A DNA stretch of 64,000 bases from Octopus sinensis (GCF_006345805.1 NC_043009.1:69750001-69814000); one strand, 5' to 3'; numbered from the stretch's first letter, positions 14,876 to 28,546 are shown. The notes: generated by a model from the sequence alone, not told the origin. Numbers and translations: made by a program.

Positions 14876-15351
14876 TATGCAGAAACAAAAGACCTGGTAA
14901 TTCAATCCGCAAAGCATGACTCCGATTAGAGATGGATTTAAGGGACATTTGTACATGATAGATTAAAAATATATAAATTCACAGACTTTTTAAAAAACTC
15001 TGCAAGTAAATAACCATATTAAAAAAAATATACACGCGTAAAGTAACAGATTCTAAAGAATGCGCTCCTCATCGTCTCTTTTCGTTCGTTTCTATCACCG
15101 CTTCAGACTTTCTCCAATATTTTTACCTATACACGCATGTTTTATCGTTTTCATGTCTGCGTCCGGAAATTCTTTAAAATCTATTACTTTAAGCATATAT
15201 ATATATATATATTGACATACAGTTTTATAAAAAACATGTCTGTGTATTTATATATCTTTATTCTATCGTGTACATTTGTCCTTTAAATCCATCTCTAATC
15301 GGAGTCATGTTTTGTGGATTGAATTCCCAGGTCTTTTGTTTCTTCACATAT
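14876..15351. mobile_element. Fold-back/MITE-like element with long inverted arms
   Basis: 14881-14998 is reverse-complementary to about 15219-15343 (agaaacaaaagacctgg...catgactccgattagagatggattta). Inner arm taaagtaacagattctaaagaat pairs with attctttaaaatctattacttta. Confidence 0.8.
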
Positions 15352-15751
15352 TTATATCTTTCGTCTCAAGTTACTCTTGAGCACTTCTAAGTTCAAACCT
15401 CTACACTATGAGAGAATTTATAATCAATCTTCTTTCTCAAAAAATTTACATACATACATATATATGTTGCTGCGTTGTTGTGCCTCTATTGTGTGTGCGT
15501 GTGTGTGTATATATATATATATATATATGTTAAAACATGCATTCATGAGCCACATCTGTGAGCCTATGAAGAGAATCAGTAGTGTCCATTAGCTGAAATA
15601 AAATGGAGAGAATTGTGTAGTCGTGACCCCCTCCATGTCGAGTGGAAAATAGATATTAGTAGTTCCAATGTTGGAGAAATACTGTGAGAGGAATGGTTGC
15701 GGTACAGTATTGCAGGAGAGAGGCAGGTTGATAGAAGCTGGCTATTAGATA

Positions 15752-16997
15752 TACGAGGTGGGGACCCAAATGTAATCGGAAACGTTCTCTGTGGGACAAG
15801 CTCGTGTAGTTCAGGCTTTCGCCACTAGAAGCCACTTGATGCGACCCTCATGCATTTCCCTGCCGACCGACGTCATTTTTTGGAGTCGTATTGCCGTGGT
15901 TTGTCATTGCAGTGCTTCTTCCCGGTTACTTCATTTTTGCTATGGCCGAAACGAAAGAACAGCGTGTTTCCGTGAAATTCTGTTGTCTGCTGGGGAAAAC
16001 GGCGGTCGAAACAGCTGTCATACTTCAAACAGCTTACAAGTTTATGAGTGGGAATGGTCACTTGTCGCTTGAAGACCAACCTCGTTCAGGGTGTCTGTCG
16101 ACCTCCTGAACGAACGAAAACATCAGGAAAACTCATGAACTGATCTTGGAGGACCGTCGCTGAACAATTGACGAACTTGTTGATATGACCGCTGTGTCCT
16201 GCAGCTCCTGCCAACGAAATTGGAGTGAAGAATTGCAAATGAAAAGAGTTGCTGCAAAATTTGTACCTCACTTGCCCACGGAAGATCAAAAGCAGTCACA
16301 GCTGAATGCATATCGTGAATTAAAACAGGTGGAAGTTGGTCTGGACCTTTTTTACGCTGGTGCGGAAGCTTGTGCTATGCCTGAGACCCGGAAATGAAGT
16401 AGCAATCAAGTCAATGGAAGCACTCAATGTCACCACGTCCCGAAAAAGTCTGGGGCCAAGACGATGTTGATTTGTTTCATCGATGCGAAAGGAATTGTTC
16501 ACACATAATTTCTTCCACCTGGACAAACTGTTAGCAAGACATTTTATTTAGCAGTTCTGAAACGTTTGTGAGACTCGGTGTGACGAAAACGCTCCGACCT
16601 CTGGCAAAGTGGAGGGTGGCGGTTTCATCCCCCTCAATGCGCCAACGCATCACGCCTCAACTGTGAGACAATGTTTGATCAAAAATGGCAAGCCCCAGCT
16701 TACCCACCCTCCCTTTTCACCCTTGCTCTCTGCGACATGTTTTGTTCTCTCGGATGAAAAAGTCTTTAAAGGAAAACGTTTTGCAGGTGTGGAGGACGTG
16801 AAGGAAAGAAAAAAAACACGACGGAGGCATCACTTTGAACAGAGTTCCAAGACTGCTTCGAACTGTAGAAAACGCGTCAGACCGATGCCTTGGTTCAAAT
16901 GGAGGAATACTTTGAAGGCGACAAAAGTGTAAACGTAAAACTAAGTGAATAAAATAATATTGCAAAATTCCGGTTTCTGTTGGGCAACCCCACCGTA
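15752..16997 (+). mobile_element. Decayed mariner (Tc1/mariner) DNA transposon
   Basis: Frameshifted transposase MAETKEQRVSVKF..LGKTA.ET, EDQPRSG, KRVAAKFVP, DPET, QSSQWK, NAP.H, HPPFSP. Degenerate TIRs tacgaggtgggacccaaa.. and ..ttccggtttctgttgggcaaccccaccgta with flanking TA. Confidence 0.9.
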
Positions 16998-17237
16998 TAC
17001 CAATCAATATAGAGAGGGGTATTCTTGTCCAGGGAGGTTAGAGGGGTGCGAATGCTAAGACATAGATGAGGGATGAACAAAGAAGAAAACGAGATGCCAG
17101 GCCTACAATTTGGGTAGCGATGAATAAAGTTGAGAATAAAGGAGGTAACAAGGCGGTTGCTAAAAGAAGATAATAGAAATTGATCATGCTGAGTAGAATG
17201 CCCATTAGCTTGAGTCACCCTGACGACGAAAACGCCT

Positions 17238-17287
<50 letters not shown>

Positions 17288-17437
17288 CATGCGAAATATA
17301 TAAGATTCAGTTGAATTAAGTTGAGGCACCAAGTCAGTCCGGTATTATCCGCACAGCTCGAAGTAAGGTGAATAAAAGGCAAATAATTAACAAGGAAGTC
17401 AAGGTATTAATGCAGTGACACCCTTGTTACTTATTTG

Positions 17438-17497
<60 letters not shown>

Positions 17498-18006
17498 TGT
17501 TAAATAAGGTTCGGACAAAACCCTTTTAGAATGCTATGCAAAGCTGCTCGTCCACGATTATTGGCTCCCTGATATGTACATACAGTAGAAGTGCCTCTCT
17601 TACTGGATATACTCCGGGAATTCCATTGTAAATAAGTGCATAAATGAAAAAATAGGGGGCATCGAAGGAGCGATGCATACCCTTCCAGCAGATAGTCTTT
17701 GTCGCAGATTATTGTGTGGTTTACAATGCGTTGCTTACCCAGGCTTTTTAATGGAACTGAATTAATTATTTTTAATTATCACCATTATAGGTATTTATAC
17801 TCCGGTGAAATTAAGAAATCAAGTCCCAGATAAACGAAACCATCGAATCCATCACTGTACACACACATACAAACACACAGACCCAAGCACACCCAGACAC
17901 AGACGCGTATGAATGTATGTATGTACTCACACTTGTCTACGCGCATAGGTACACCATGATCTATACACACGTTAATGAATGTTAATTCATATGAAAAAGA
18001 TAAAAT

Positions 18007-18236
18007 ATATCTCTTTACTGCCCACAAGGGGCTAAACATAGAGGGGACAAACAAGGACAGACAAAGGGATTAAGTCGATTATATCGACCCCAGTGCGAAA
18101 CTGGTACTTAATTTATCGACTCCGAAAGGATGAAAGGCAAAGTCGACTTCGTCGGAATTTGAACTCAGAACGTAGCGGCAGACCAAATACCGCTAAGCAT
18201 TTCGCCCGGCGTGCTAACGATTCTGCCAGCTCGCCG
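18007..18236 (-). mobile_element. tRNA-derived SINE, family A (octopus OK/OR-like)
   Basis: Reverse complement of 18651-18881: ggcgagctggcagaatcgttagc head, gagttcaaattcc B-box-like motif, gcccc ttgtggg..taaagaaata tail. Confidence 0.9.
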
Positions 18237-18650
18237 AATTGAAAAAGATAAAATAGCCTCTTGCTTATCGGGAAATTTGTAAGTTCGTTTTAATTCTTTT
18301 TTTTAACGATTCTCAAAGCAAGTGTTCATCGTTTCGAGCCACTCACCCAGCGACTATTTCTGCCAAATGTAGGGAAAAGTCCATTCAGCTGTTTTCCAAT
18401 AATATGGCAAAACAGAGAAAGGCGAATCATTTACTTTAAAACCACTACAATTGTTCCGACACATTTTTACACCTTAGTAACATAGGTGAGATGTTGTGTA
18501 ATCAGTATAATCCATCCAAGGAGTAAAACGCGCCCCCCCCACCCAGTTAATTATTGAAATGCAGTTTAGAGGCTTCCATACTATTTGTACACCTGAACAG
18601 ATCACACACATACACACTAAATTCCTATGCATACATATAAATCATATAAA

Positions 18651-18881
18651 GGCGGCGAGCTGGCAGAATCGTTAGCACGTCGGGCGAAATGCTTAGCGGT
18701 ATTTCGTCTACCGCTACGTTCTGAGTTCAAATTCCGTCGAGTCCGACTTTGCCTTTCATCCTTTCGGGGTCGATAAATTAAATACCAGTTACGCACTGGG
18801 GTCGATGTAATCGACTTAATCCGTTTGTCTGTCCTTGTTTGTCCCCTCTATGTTTAGCCCCTTGTGGGCAATAAAGAAATA
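18651..18881 (+). mobile_element. tRNA-derived SINE, family A
   Basis: Full-length copy, near-identical to 18007-18236 and 35906-36115. Confidence 0.9.
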
Positions 18882-20640
18882 TATATAAATCTGTTGTACA
18901 GCTTTCTCAGTCTGCTAATTGTTTTTAGCCAAGGAAAATAATATAGAATGCTGTAAATAACCTTAAACTTTGGTAAAAGTGCTAAAAGTCATATAGATTA
19001 TTATTCTTTAAACCTTTGATTGCTGATTACCAATCATGAAGTTCACTTTAGAATTTTCATAATACTTATTTAATTCTCTGTATAGAGCAAAGTTTTATTT
19101 TCAGCTGTGATTATTTCTCAATTAAATTATTTAGCTCAATACACGGACCTGATTCCTACTTCACTTACATAATTATTGTTTTCGATATGGCTCCGGTTTC
19201 CTATTAAAGCTAATCTCTCTCAGTGTAGTCGGATTTTTACGCTTAATTTGCATTAGGCGGTAATCAATAGAAATATTTTAGTCGTGGCTCCCTGACTGAC
19301 TGAGGAAAAGTTTTATGAATGGACATTCAACAATAGTTCCATATAAACCGGTTGCTTTTGTCAAAATCTTTGTGTTCAGTTTGTCCGTTTATTTCCCTCA
19401 TTAAATGTATACCAAACGTGTAATTAATCGTTAGCATTAGGGTGGGGGTCGGGGAGGCAGGGTGAGCTATTTGTGGGATGGGATTATCATTGTTAAGCAA
19501 TTGTTATTTATATATTAATATCTCAATGAAATGAATTATGTGCCACAGTTGAAAGGTGAGATGCAACTAAAAGGTTTTGCCAATCAAATAAAGGTTAAAA
19601 GTTGACGGCTTTTAACCGAAAGGGGAAAGAATACCGAATTAAAGAATATAGCTTTATCTTGATTCTGTCTGGCTGCAACATCACCGTTTCATTGTATCTG
19701 AGATATTAAAGATATCAACCTAGTGTTGACACTTAACAATGTCCGATACAAGATGATCAAATACGCATATTTGTAAATAGCACGGTTATGCTCAGACAAA
19801 CATGCCTACATATCTACCTAACCACCGGGAAACCAGCTAACAAACAAACCATCGTACCTACCTACCTGCTTACCTACTTTCATCTATATAAAAATGTGTG
19901 TGTGTCTGTGTATAGGAACGACGAAACTCGAAGGAGATAGAGCTGTAAATATTAGCATGTAAATATTGGGTTCAGCCTTCCATTTTCTTAATCTAGAGGG
20001 TTTCTAAACCAATTTTATTTATAGCTTTATCTACTTTGAGTTTCAAAGATGAGTATTTCACGTTTTCACGAAGTTTATAAACTCTCATCTCATCAACAAC
20101 AAATGTGTGTGTGTGTACACAAATGGACTCAAGTAGCTAAAGACGGAGCTGCGACCTATGCTTGTTCCACTAAAAATCTCCTACTATTGTCCTAAATATA
20201 TAAAAAAGAATGCAATGCATAAAATAAACTCGGACATACAACCTGGCGGGTGTTTACCGTTAGAACCCAGTTGATCATAGACGTCCAATGAGGTCTATTC
20301 TCTGGGCTAAATAACCTCAACATCAACACCTTCATCCACACCAGCCATAATAAAATCAACATCCCAAAGCCATCGCATCAAAAGCGAGACAGTTACTTTT
20401 GCGGCGACCAACCTCCTTGCCTGCATGATTAAGATAATAAATTCCGACGTGGTCTTCATTAAAAATTTGAAACTGGCTGCTGACCAAATCTCTTAGGGGC
20501 CCATTTAGGAAGAAAAGTTATTTAAACATTAAAACTAACGCAGTCTCATTCAATAAGCATAGCAATGTGCGTAAATGATGTACTGTAACATTTATATTAA
20601 TGTTGATATAGTTCTACATTTAAGAGATGAGGAATTATGC

Positions 20641-20780
20641 ACATTATTTACATTTGACGGATATTTGTCCTCATCTTTTATGCTGTTAACACAACGTTTC
20701 GGCTCATATACCTTCCAGCTTTCATCAGGTGTCTTGGGGAACTTTCGAACCTGTGTTCTCATTCCTAAGGTAGTTTTCGA

Positions 20781-20818
<38 letters not shown>

Positions 20819-20898
20819 TATTCAGGTCACTGCCTGGAATCGAACTTGGAATATTGGGGTTAGTAGCCCGCGCTCTTAACCTCTACGCCATATACCCG
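20641..20898 (-). mobile_element. tRNA-headed SINE family B with (AAT)n linker and hammerhead-like 3' part
   Basis: A box tggcgtagaggttaa, B box agttcgattcc, (AAT)n, then CTGATGA..GAAACGTT. Homologous to 20940-21180 and 42960-43191. Confidence 0.88.
20688..20733 (-). ncRNA. Minimal type I hammerhead ribozyme fold (first stem II pair mismatched)
   Basis: GACAC-CTGATGA-A-AGCT-loop-AGCC-GAAACGTT-GTGTT. Confidence 0.55.
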
Positions 20899-20939
20899 AG
20901 AGCAATTATAAGCCCTAAAATTCACTCCATAATTACTCA

Positions 20940-21180
20940 CGGGCATATGATGTAGTGGTTAATAGCGCAGGCTACTAACCCCAAGATTCCGAGTTCGATT
21001 CCAGGCAGTGACCTGAATAATAATAATGATAATAATAACAACAACAACATCGAAAAACACCTTAGGAATGAGAACCCAGGTTCGAAATTTACCCAAGATA
21101 CCTGATGAAGGTTGGAGGGTATATCAACCGAAATTTGTGTTAACAAGATAAGGAAAATATCCGTTAAATGTAAATAATGT
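20940..21180 (+). mobile_element. tRNA-headed SINE family B
   Basis: Inverted copy of 20641-20898, separated from it by 41 bp. Confidence 0.88.
21097..21141 (+). ncRNA. Minimal hammerhead fold with damaged stem III (GAAATTT)
   Basis: GATAC-CTGATGA-A-GGTTG-loop-CAACC-GAAATTT-GTGTT. Stem II is a perfect 5 bp but the ACGT palindrome is lost. Confidence 0.4.
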
Positions 21181-21829
21181 TGACATATTCTCATGTATAT
21201 ATAAAATCAAAACTTCCTTGTTGCCGTCTTTCCAAATGTGCCTCGAATCAAGAAATACAAATACACTCGTAATTTACCTTTTGCAGCAAAAAAAAAAAAG
21301 GTCTTCCTGCCTTACTATGAAGTCAATTGATGAACTATGAATAGAAAGTGGGACTCCTTGACAGTATATCCTTTAGAATATATACATTTGATAAGGTAGA
21401 CCTTCTAACACTTAAGTCTGAATAATAAATCAATTTGGTCACAACAAAAATAACTTCTGCCACATGTGTATCCCACATGTGTATCCTATGACAGTTAGCC
21501 ATGGTTGTGCAATAGCAGAAACTACTCAGAGAATCACTGAGGCAGTTCTTTCACAAACCATCATAGATAAATGGCACACAGAAGGGGCTGAGGTATGATA
21601 GGGTTAGATTGCAGTGGTGATTCGTACGTTTGACAAGGATTGCCCCTTACTGGCTGGCATGGTGTTGACTATTCTACAGTTGAGGACTACAAGGTAAGAT
21701 TCATAAATTCAGTTATTTGCTATCTGAATGAATTTCTATTTCAAGATCAAAATCCGATTGATTTCAAATCCTGGAGCGAGATTGGCAGTTCAGGGAAGCA
21801 GGCTTTTACACCGATTCCAGTGATCAACT

Positions 21830-21960
21830 GGTACTTATTTTATCGACCCCGAAACATAGAAGGCAAAGCTGATCTTGGCTGAATTCGAACTCAGAACCAA
21901 GGACGGACGAAATGCCGCTAAGCATTTTGCCAGCATGCTAACGATTCTACTAGCTCGCCC
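21830..21960 (-). mobile_element. Diverged SINE family A copy (5' part)
   Basis: gctaacgattct..agctcgcc and tttatcgacccc..ggcaaag match the 18007 copy. Confidence 0.8.
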
Positions 21961-24509
21961 ACTTCCTACTGAACATTATATTAAACTATGATTAAAACCT
22001 ACTTTCATGTAATACTTACACACACACACGTGTATGTATGTAGTGTGGTAGAAGTATATGTGCATGTGTGTATCATTTAAGAATAGATACTTCATTTGGA
22101 TGGGGAAGTTTTGTGCTACTCCTTTCGTGAAATTGTTCTTTCAATTGCATCAAATGTACGAAAAAGAAACAAATGCTCTATTTAACGATGTAATTTCCTG
22201 ACATGCATTCGGTTGCTCTCCTATTCAAGATTGAAACCTGTTGCGAAATGCTACAAAGTTAACTCTATTATAAGATATAAAATGGTATTTATGGATTCCA
22301 GTTGATAGCCAAATAGAGCAGAGATATATTGACTGTCAAGTTCTCACTTCATGCCTTATTGACGTGACCATGTGGAGTCTTTGGACGGGATAATTAAATT
22401 TGCCTTTCAAAATTCGCCAAACTGAAAATTAAGTATGAGAATACCTGGAAAAACAATTGGATGGCTTTGCTATCTTTTCCCAACTTAATTTAATTTGAGG
22501 ATTAGTCCCAGACTAATGAGTGATTGCATTTGCTGAAACAGCAGAAACTATGCTGGAGATAAATCCCAAAACATTTCACGGTCCTTATCACATTTTTTTC
22601 TTACAAAATTCTGGCTTCGTGTTGAAGTAAATTAACTACCGTTCTTCTCATCTTCTCTTGGAAATTTCTTCTTCTTTTTCTTCCTTTTGATTGCTGCATT
22701 ATATTTAAAACTAAACTACCAATTCTGACCTGTGAGTACTTTGCTCTTTTATTTTGCAGCCATTCAGATGTTTCTTAAAAGCAAACTTTTCTTTCACTTC
22801 ATATAATTCTATTGGCGGCAGATATCAGCAAACAGTTTCTAAGCAGCCATTTTGAATGAAGTGATGCTGCTGTGATTTCCAGTTAATGGTTCTAGCAATA
22901 TTTCGTGTAATATAATGATATCAACGGGACGTCTATGATAGTGTTTCACTTTGTGTGGGAAAACAATGAATTTTAGTTGTGCCATGAATAGCATCCAGAG
23001 AATAAACTGCATAAAGACAGGATAAGAGATTCTTGGATGAATGTCAAGCGAACATCAGTGAAAAGATTAGCAAAGTGAAAAGAAATCATAAAACTCAAGT
23101 AATTAATGAATATAATGAATAAAAATAAATAAATTTCCAGAGGAGGTGGATGTTTGAAGCGAGGAAAACACTGTGAACAACAACAACAACAACAAAAAAG
23201 AGAAGAATTGAAAGTCTTTCAAACTATTCCATTCATGCTTTCTAATCTTTTTTTCCATTGTTTCTTATTGAATTAATTAGCGTGGTCTTCATTAATTTTT
23301 AATTAATCATACACTCTAACACTTTTCCCTTAAACTAATATTACACAGACTGACAGACTCACACACACACGTATATATATATATATATATATGACTCCAT
23401 CTAGTGGTCGGCACGAATTTATATCATTTATAGTTGAAGTAATTCATAAGAAGCGAATTTTCACAATATATTTCTCTTATCAAACTGATATCAAGGTGGG
23501 AAAATTTGACTTCTTTTCGGAACTTATCCTGTTTCGCCCTTTTATTTTACCCGGTTAAAAATCAAAACCGAAAAGTAATGCAACAATAAATATATATATA
23601 AATGCAAAAAAACAAAAAACAAAATTGAAAAGATATCAATCTTTGAAGTTTTAAGTATTATAATGATTGCCGTATACTAGCTTGGCTCATTTGCATAATA
23701 CACACTGCTATATCACCACTGGTAATTTCTATAATTTTTCATTAAGTTCTTTGACTCCGCCTAAAGTTCTTCCCTTTTACCGTTTTGAGATATTTATGCA
23801 TTTCGACAGACACGAGTGCACAGATTATAATTGAATGTAAAACCATATACACAGATACGAATGCAACTACACATACAGAAACACATACAAATACCGGAAT
23901 ACGGAGTCTTTGAATGGAACTATAGTTGGTGATGGTCTAAAAGAATTAGTTGATAATCTGTTCTTTGAAAAGCTGGAATATTAATTTGTGACACAATACG
24001 TAAGAATTCTTGCTGAAGTGGATTCATGTTAACGCCCACATTTAAACCAAGCAAATTGTTAAGTACATTTTCTTATTCATTTTGCATTTAAACTTACACC
24101 CTCTTTGCAACCAGAATGAAATACGTAATCTTCTAAAAAGTCTGTTATTTGTTGTAAACTATCTGTTTTAAGATCATATCTATATAAGGTGCATTGCTTG
24201 TTTAGAAGAAAGGCATTGATAAACTTGTGTTCACTTAATTGAGGCATGAATTCGTTTAATGAGTAACAGCATGTTTAACTGTTTTTTTTATTTTGGAAAG
24301 ATACTGAGACGTTGTGCAAAGGGTGCTTGACGACCAACCTAAATGAGGATTCTAAGGCGATTAATTAAGCTGACATGACAAAATCATTTAACAATTATAT
24401 CCATCCAACTATGTGTGAATAGATAAAGTATAATCAGGTTTCTACTATATCTGACCAGACGTCTCCGGATAGAGTTTGGTGCCGGCGGGTTCCCGATTAG
24501 AAAATTCTA

Positions 24510-24598
<89 letters not shown>

Positions 24599-24604
<6 letters not shown>

Positions 24605-25691
24605 ACCTCTATGAACACACAAATAGTGAGCGGTGTTCCACAGGACACTGTCTTGGGACCACTGCTTTTTATAGTGGCCCTCTCAGATATGCCCTCAAAT
24701 GCCCGGATAGCCACTCTGGCCAGCTATGCAGACGATACGAAAGTCTCGCAGAAAATACAGAACCCCAGCGATGTTGCACACCTGCAGCAGGAGTTGGACT
24801 CAATCTACAGATGGGCTGAGGATAATAATATGCAGTTTAATGCTGAAAAATTCCAGGCCCTGCGCTACCAGCATCCAAAACTGAATATTAAACCTACAGG
24901 GTACACCGGTCGACAGGGAATTTCAATCCCAGAGCCTAAGTCAGTGAGGGTATCGACATGAGTGATGATACTTCTTTCCAAGTGCACATTACCAGGATAG
25001 CGACAAAGTGCAGAGGACTGACTGGATGGATCCTAAGAACATTCAGAACTAGAGATAAGGAAACCATGATGGTTCTCTAGCGGACATTCGTCCTCAGCCG
25101 CCCGGATTACTGCTCACAGCTATGGTCACCCACCAGTATGAGATTAACAGCGGACCTTGAAGTAATCCAGAGAAGATTCACAAAGAAGATCGTCTCTTTG
25201 CAACAGCTCAGCTACTGGGAACGGTTGAAACAGCTAAGACTCTACTCCCTGGAGAGAAGACGGGAGAGGTATGAAGTAATATATATCTGGAAGATCCTGG
25301 AAAGAATTGTGCCAAATTTTGGCATTGAAAGCTACACCAATGCTAGAACGGGACGACACTGCATAGTGCCAAAGATCCCAGCAATGCCATCACCACACTT
25401 CAGGACCAGTTACTGCAACAGCCTAGGTTTCAAGGGCCCACAGCTTTTTAATATTCTCCCAAAGAGTCTGAGGAACTTGCAGAAAGTAGACGTAGGGTTT
25501 TTTAAATCAAAGCTGGACTTCTTCCTGTCGAGAGTCCCAGATGAGCCTACCTCACTGCAAGAGGTGCAATTGAGGGTAGCTATATCAAACTGCTTCTTCA
25601 TCAAGTGCCACATATTAGAGGAGGCTCCTAGTAAGAACAGTGTAGCACAAAACGGCGGTGCATCAGCATGGCCGCAGCTCTGAACTGAAAC
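24599..25691 (+). mobile_element. 5'-truncated CR1/L2-type LINE (RT C-half and 3' UTR), copy 1
   Basis: SGVPQ.TVLGP, SYADDTK, MQFNAEKFQAL, WERLKQLRLYSLERRRERY, and 3' tail gcggtgc..agcatggccgcag..ctgaaac. Confidence 0.93.
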
Positions 25692-25718
25692 TTTATATAT
25701 ATATATATCTATATATAC

Positions 25719-25763
<45 letters not shown>

Positions 25764-25938
25764 ATATATATATACATATATTATATATATATTATATATA
25801 TACATATATATATATATATATTATATATATTATATATACATATATATATATACATACATATATATATATACATTATATATATACATATATATATATATAG
25901 ATATATATATACATATTATATAATATACATATATATAC

Positions 25939-25969
<31 letters not shown>

Positions 25970-26450
25970 CATATATATATATACATATATATAGATATAT
26001 ATATACATATATACATATATATATATACATATATATATATACATATATATATATACATATATATATATACATATATATATATACATATATTATATACATA
26101 TATATACATATATATAATATATTATATATATATATATATAATATATTATATATATATATCTATATATATATATATATCTATATATATATATATATCTATC
26201 TATATATATATATATCTATCATATATATATATATCTATATATATATATATTATACATATATATATATAATATCTATATATATATCTATCTATCTATATAT
26301 ATATATATATATATAATATATATATAATATATATATACATACACATATCTATATATGCATTTATATGAATATACACACACATATATATAATACACATCTA
26401 TATTATGCATATATATATATTTATGCATATATATATAAATATGTGTGTGT
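25692..26450. repeat. Long interrupted (TA)n array
   Basis: Direct inspection. Confidence 0.95.
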
Positions 26451-26571
26451 ATGAGGGCGTCTGGCCTAGTGGTTAGCATGTTGCACACACAATCTAGCGA
26501 CCGTAATTTAAATTCCTAGATTGGAGGGTGCGTTGATTTTTGAGCCAAAGACTTCATCTGATGTTGCTTAC

Positions 26572-26626
<55 letters not shown>

Positions 26627-27109
26627 CATATATATGTGTATGTATGTATGTATATGTATATATATATATAAACATGCAACCACGCGCACGCTTGCACTGC
26701 GTCACCAACCAAATTTCCTTGTTTGGAAATAGATGGCAATACTTGGACTAATGTCATTTACAATCACTGTTAGAAAAGTGAAAGAGACTCAGATCGCTGA
26801 CAGCTCGGAGAGTGACGTCGTCGTCTCTGCAGGTATCAAGCCGAATGTGTCTTGCGCACCATGGCATTATAACAACTTGTGCCCTACTTTTGAAATCTCC
26901 TACTTCTACTGTTACTAAACCATAGGCATGTCTTCTACACTCATCACCCACGACTCGTCTTCTAATTAAATATGATACAATATTTGTATTTATGTGTGGC
27001 TATTTGATGGAGAAGTGCACGATTCTTTCTATGCATTAAGGAATGTATGCGTCTAAATACACATGCACACTCACAAACAGACACACACATACACAAAATG
27101 CACACACAC

Positions 27110-27719
27110 ACGTATATATATATGTATATATATGTGTGTATATATATGTATATATATATATGTGTATATATATATGTGTGTGTATATATATATGTGTATA
27201 TATATATGTGTGTGTATATATATATGTATATATATATGTGTATATATATATGTGTGTGTATATATATATGTGTATATATATATGTGTGTGTATATATATA
27301 TGTATATATATATATGTGTATATATATATGTGTGTGTATATATATATGTGTGTGTATATATATATGTGTATATATATATGTGTGTGTATATATATATATG
27401 TGTGTGTATATATATATGTGTATATATATGTGTATATATATATGTGTATATATATATATGTATATATATATGTATATATATATGTGTGTATATATATGTG
27501 TTATATATATGTGTAATATATAAGTTTATATATATGTTATTGGTATATATATATATCTATGTATATATATATGTGTATATATATATATATGTATATATAT
27601 ATGTGTATAATATATATATATATATATATAGTATAGTATATATATATGTGTATATATATATATGTATATATATATATGTATATATATATATGTGTATATA
27701 TATATATGTATATATATAT
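27110..27719. repeat. Long (TA)n/(TG)n compound array
   Basis: Recurrent tatatatgtg(tg) units. Confidence 0.95.
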
Positions 27720-28546
27720 CTTGGAAAAGAGGATGCCCTGAAACTCCCATACTCCCTTCCTTCAGGTGAAACTCTCGCGGCGTCCAACAACATCAGAGAC
27801 TTGGGGTAATTGTGGACAACAACGTAAGCTGGGCCACTCATATAAACACCAAAGTTGACATGGCCCGCAGAATGTGTTCCTGGATTCTCAGAACTTTCCA
27901 GTCGAGAGATATCCACACCATTATCCTTCTCTTCTCCACTTTCGCCCGACCCCACCTTGAATACTGTTGTCCACTGTGGTCTCCCCACACAATACAAGGT
28001 ATCATAAAAGTTGAAGCACCTCAAAGGGCAATCACAAAAAAGATAGATGGCATGACAGGCCTCGACTATTGGGGTCGACTAGAAAAGCTAAAACTCTATT
28101 CTCTCCAACGTCGTCGTGAGCGCTACATCATCTGCATGATGTGGAAAATATTCCATCAGCATTGCCCAAATGATGTTGGCATCACCTTTAAGTACATCCA
28201 AGGCTTGGGCCCCGTGCCATTCGCCCAAAACAAAAATCGCACTCTCATCTCATAACAACAATACGGCACAATTATTTCACCTCAATTGGCCCCGCTCTCT
28301 TTAACATTACACCAAAACACATTAAAACAGAAACTGACCCTATAGGGTTCAAGAAGTCATTGGACAGATTCCTTCAAGAAATCCCGGATAAACCCCCTAC
28401 ACCCGGATATGTCTCTGTAAACAATAACTCTCTACTTGAGTGGGCCATAGTGCCCAAATTCTGACTTGAAAGACTTCACCAGGTGGTGCTGTTAAGTTAG
28501 ACATGGCCTGGGCCAATAATGGCCGAAACCTATCAAAGTATCAAAG
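27720..28546 (+). mobile_element. 5'-truncated CR1/L2-type LINE, divergent subfamily, copy 2
   Basis: IRDLG, RPHLEYCCPLWSP, RLEKLKLYSLQRRRERY and a (tatcaaag)2 tail. Confidence 0.92.

Noticed and set aside
20940-21012. Possible tRNA gene
   Set aside because: It has A/B boxes but no pairing acceptor stem and continues into a repeat body present in three copies, so it is a SINE head.
21639-21694. Strong plus-strand donor AAG|GTAAGA with a short open frame
   Set aside because: Isolated, with no partner exon or recognisable protein motif.
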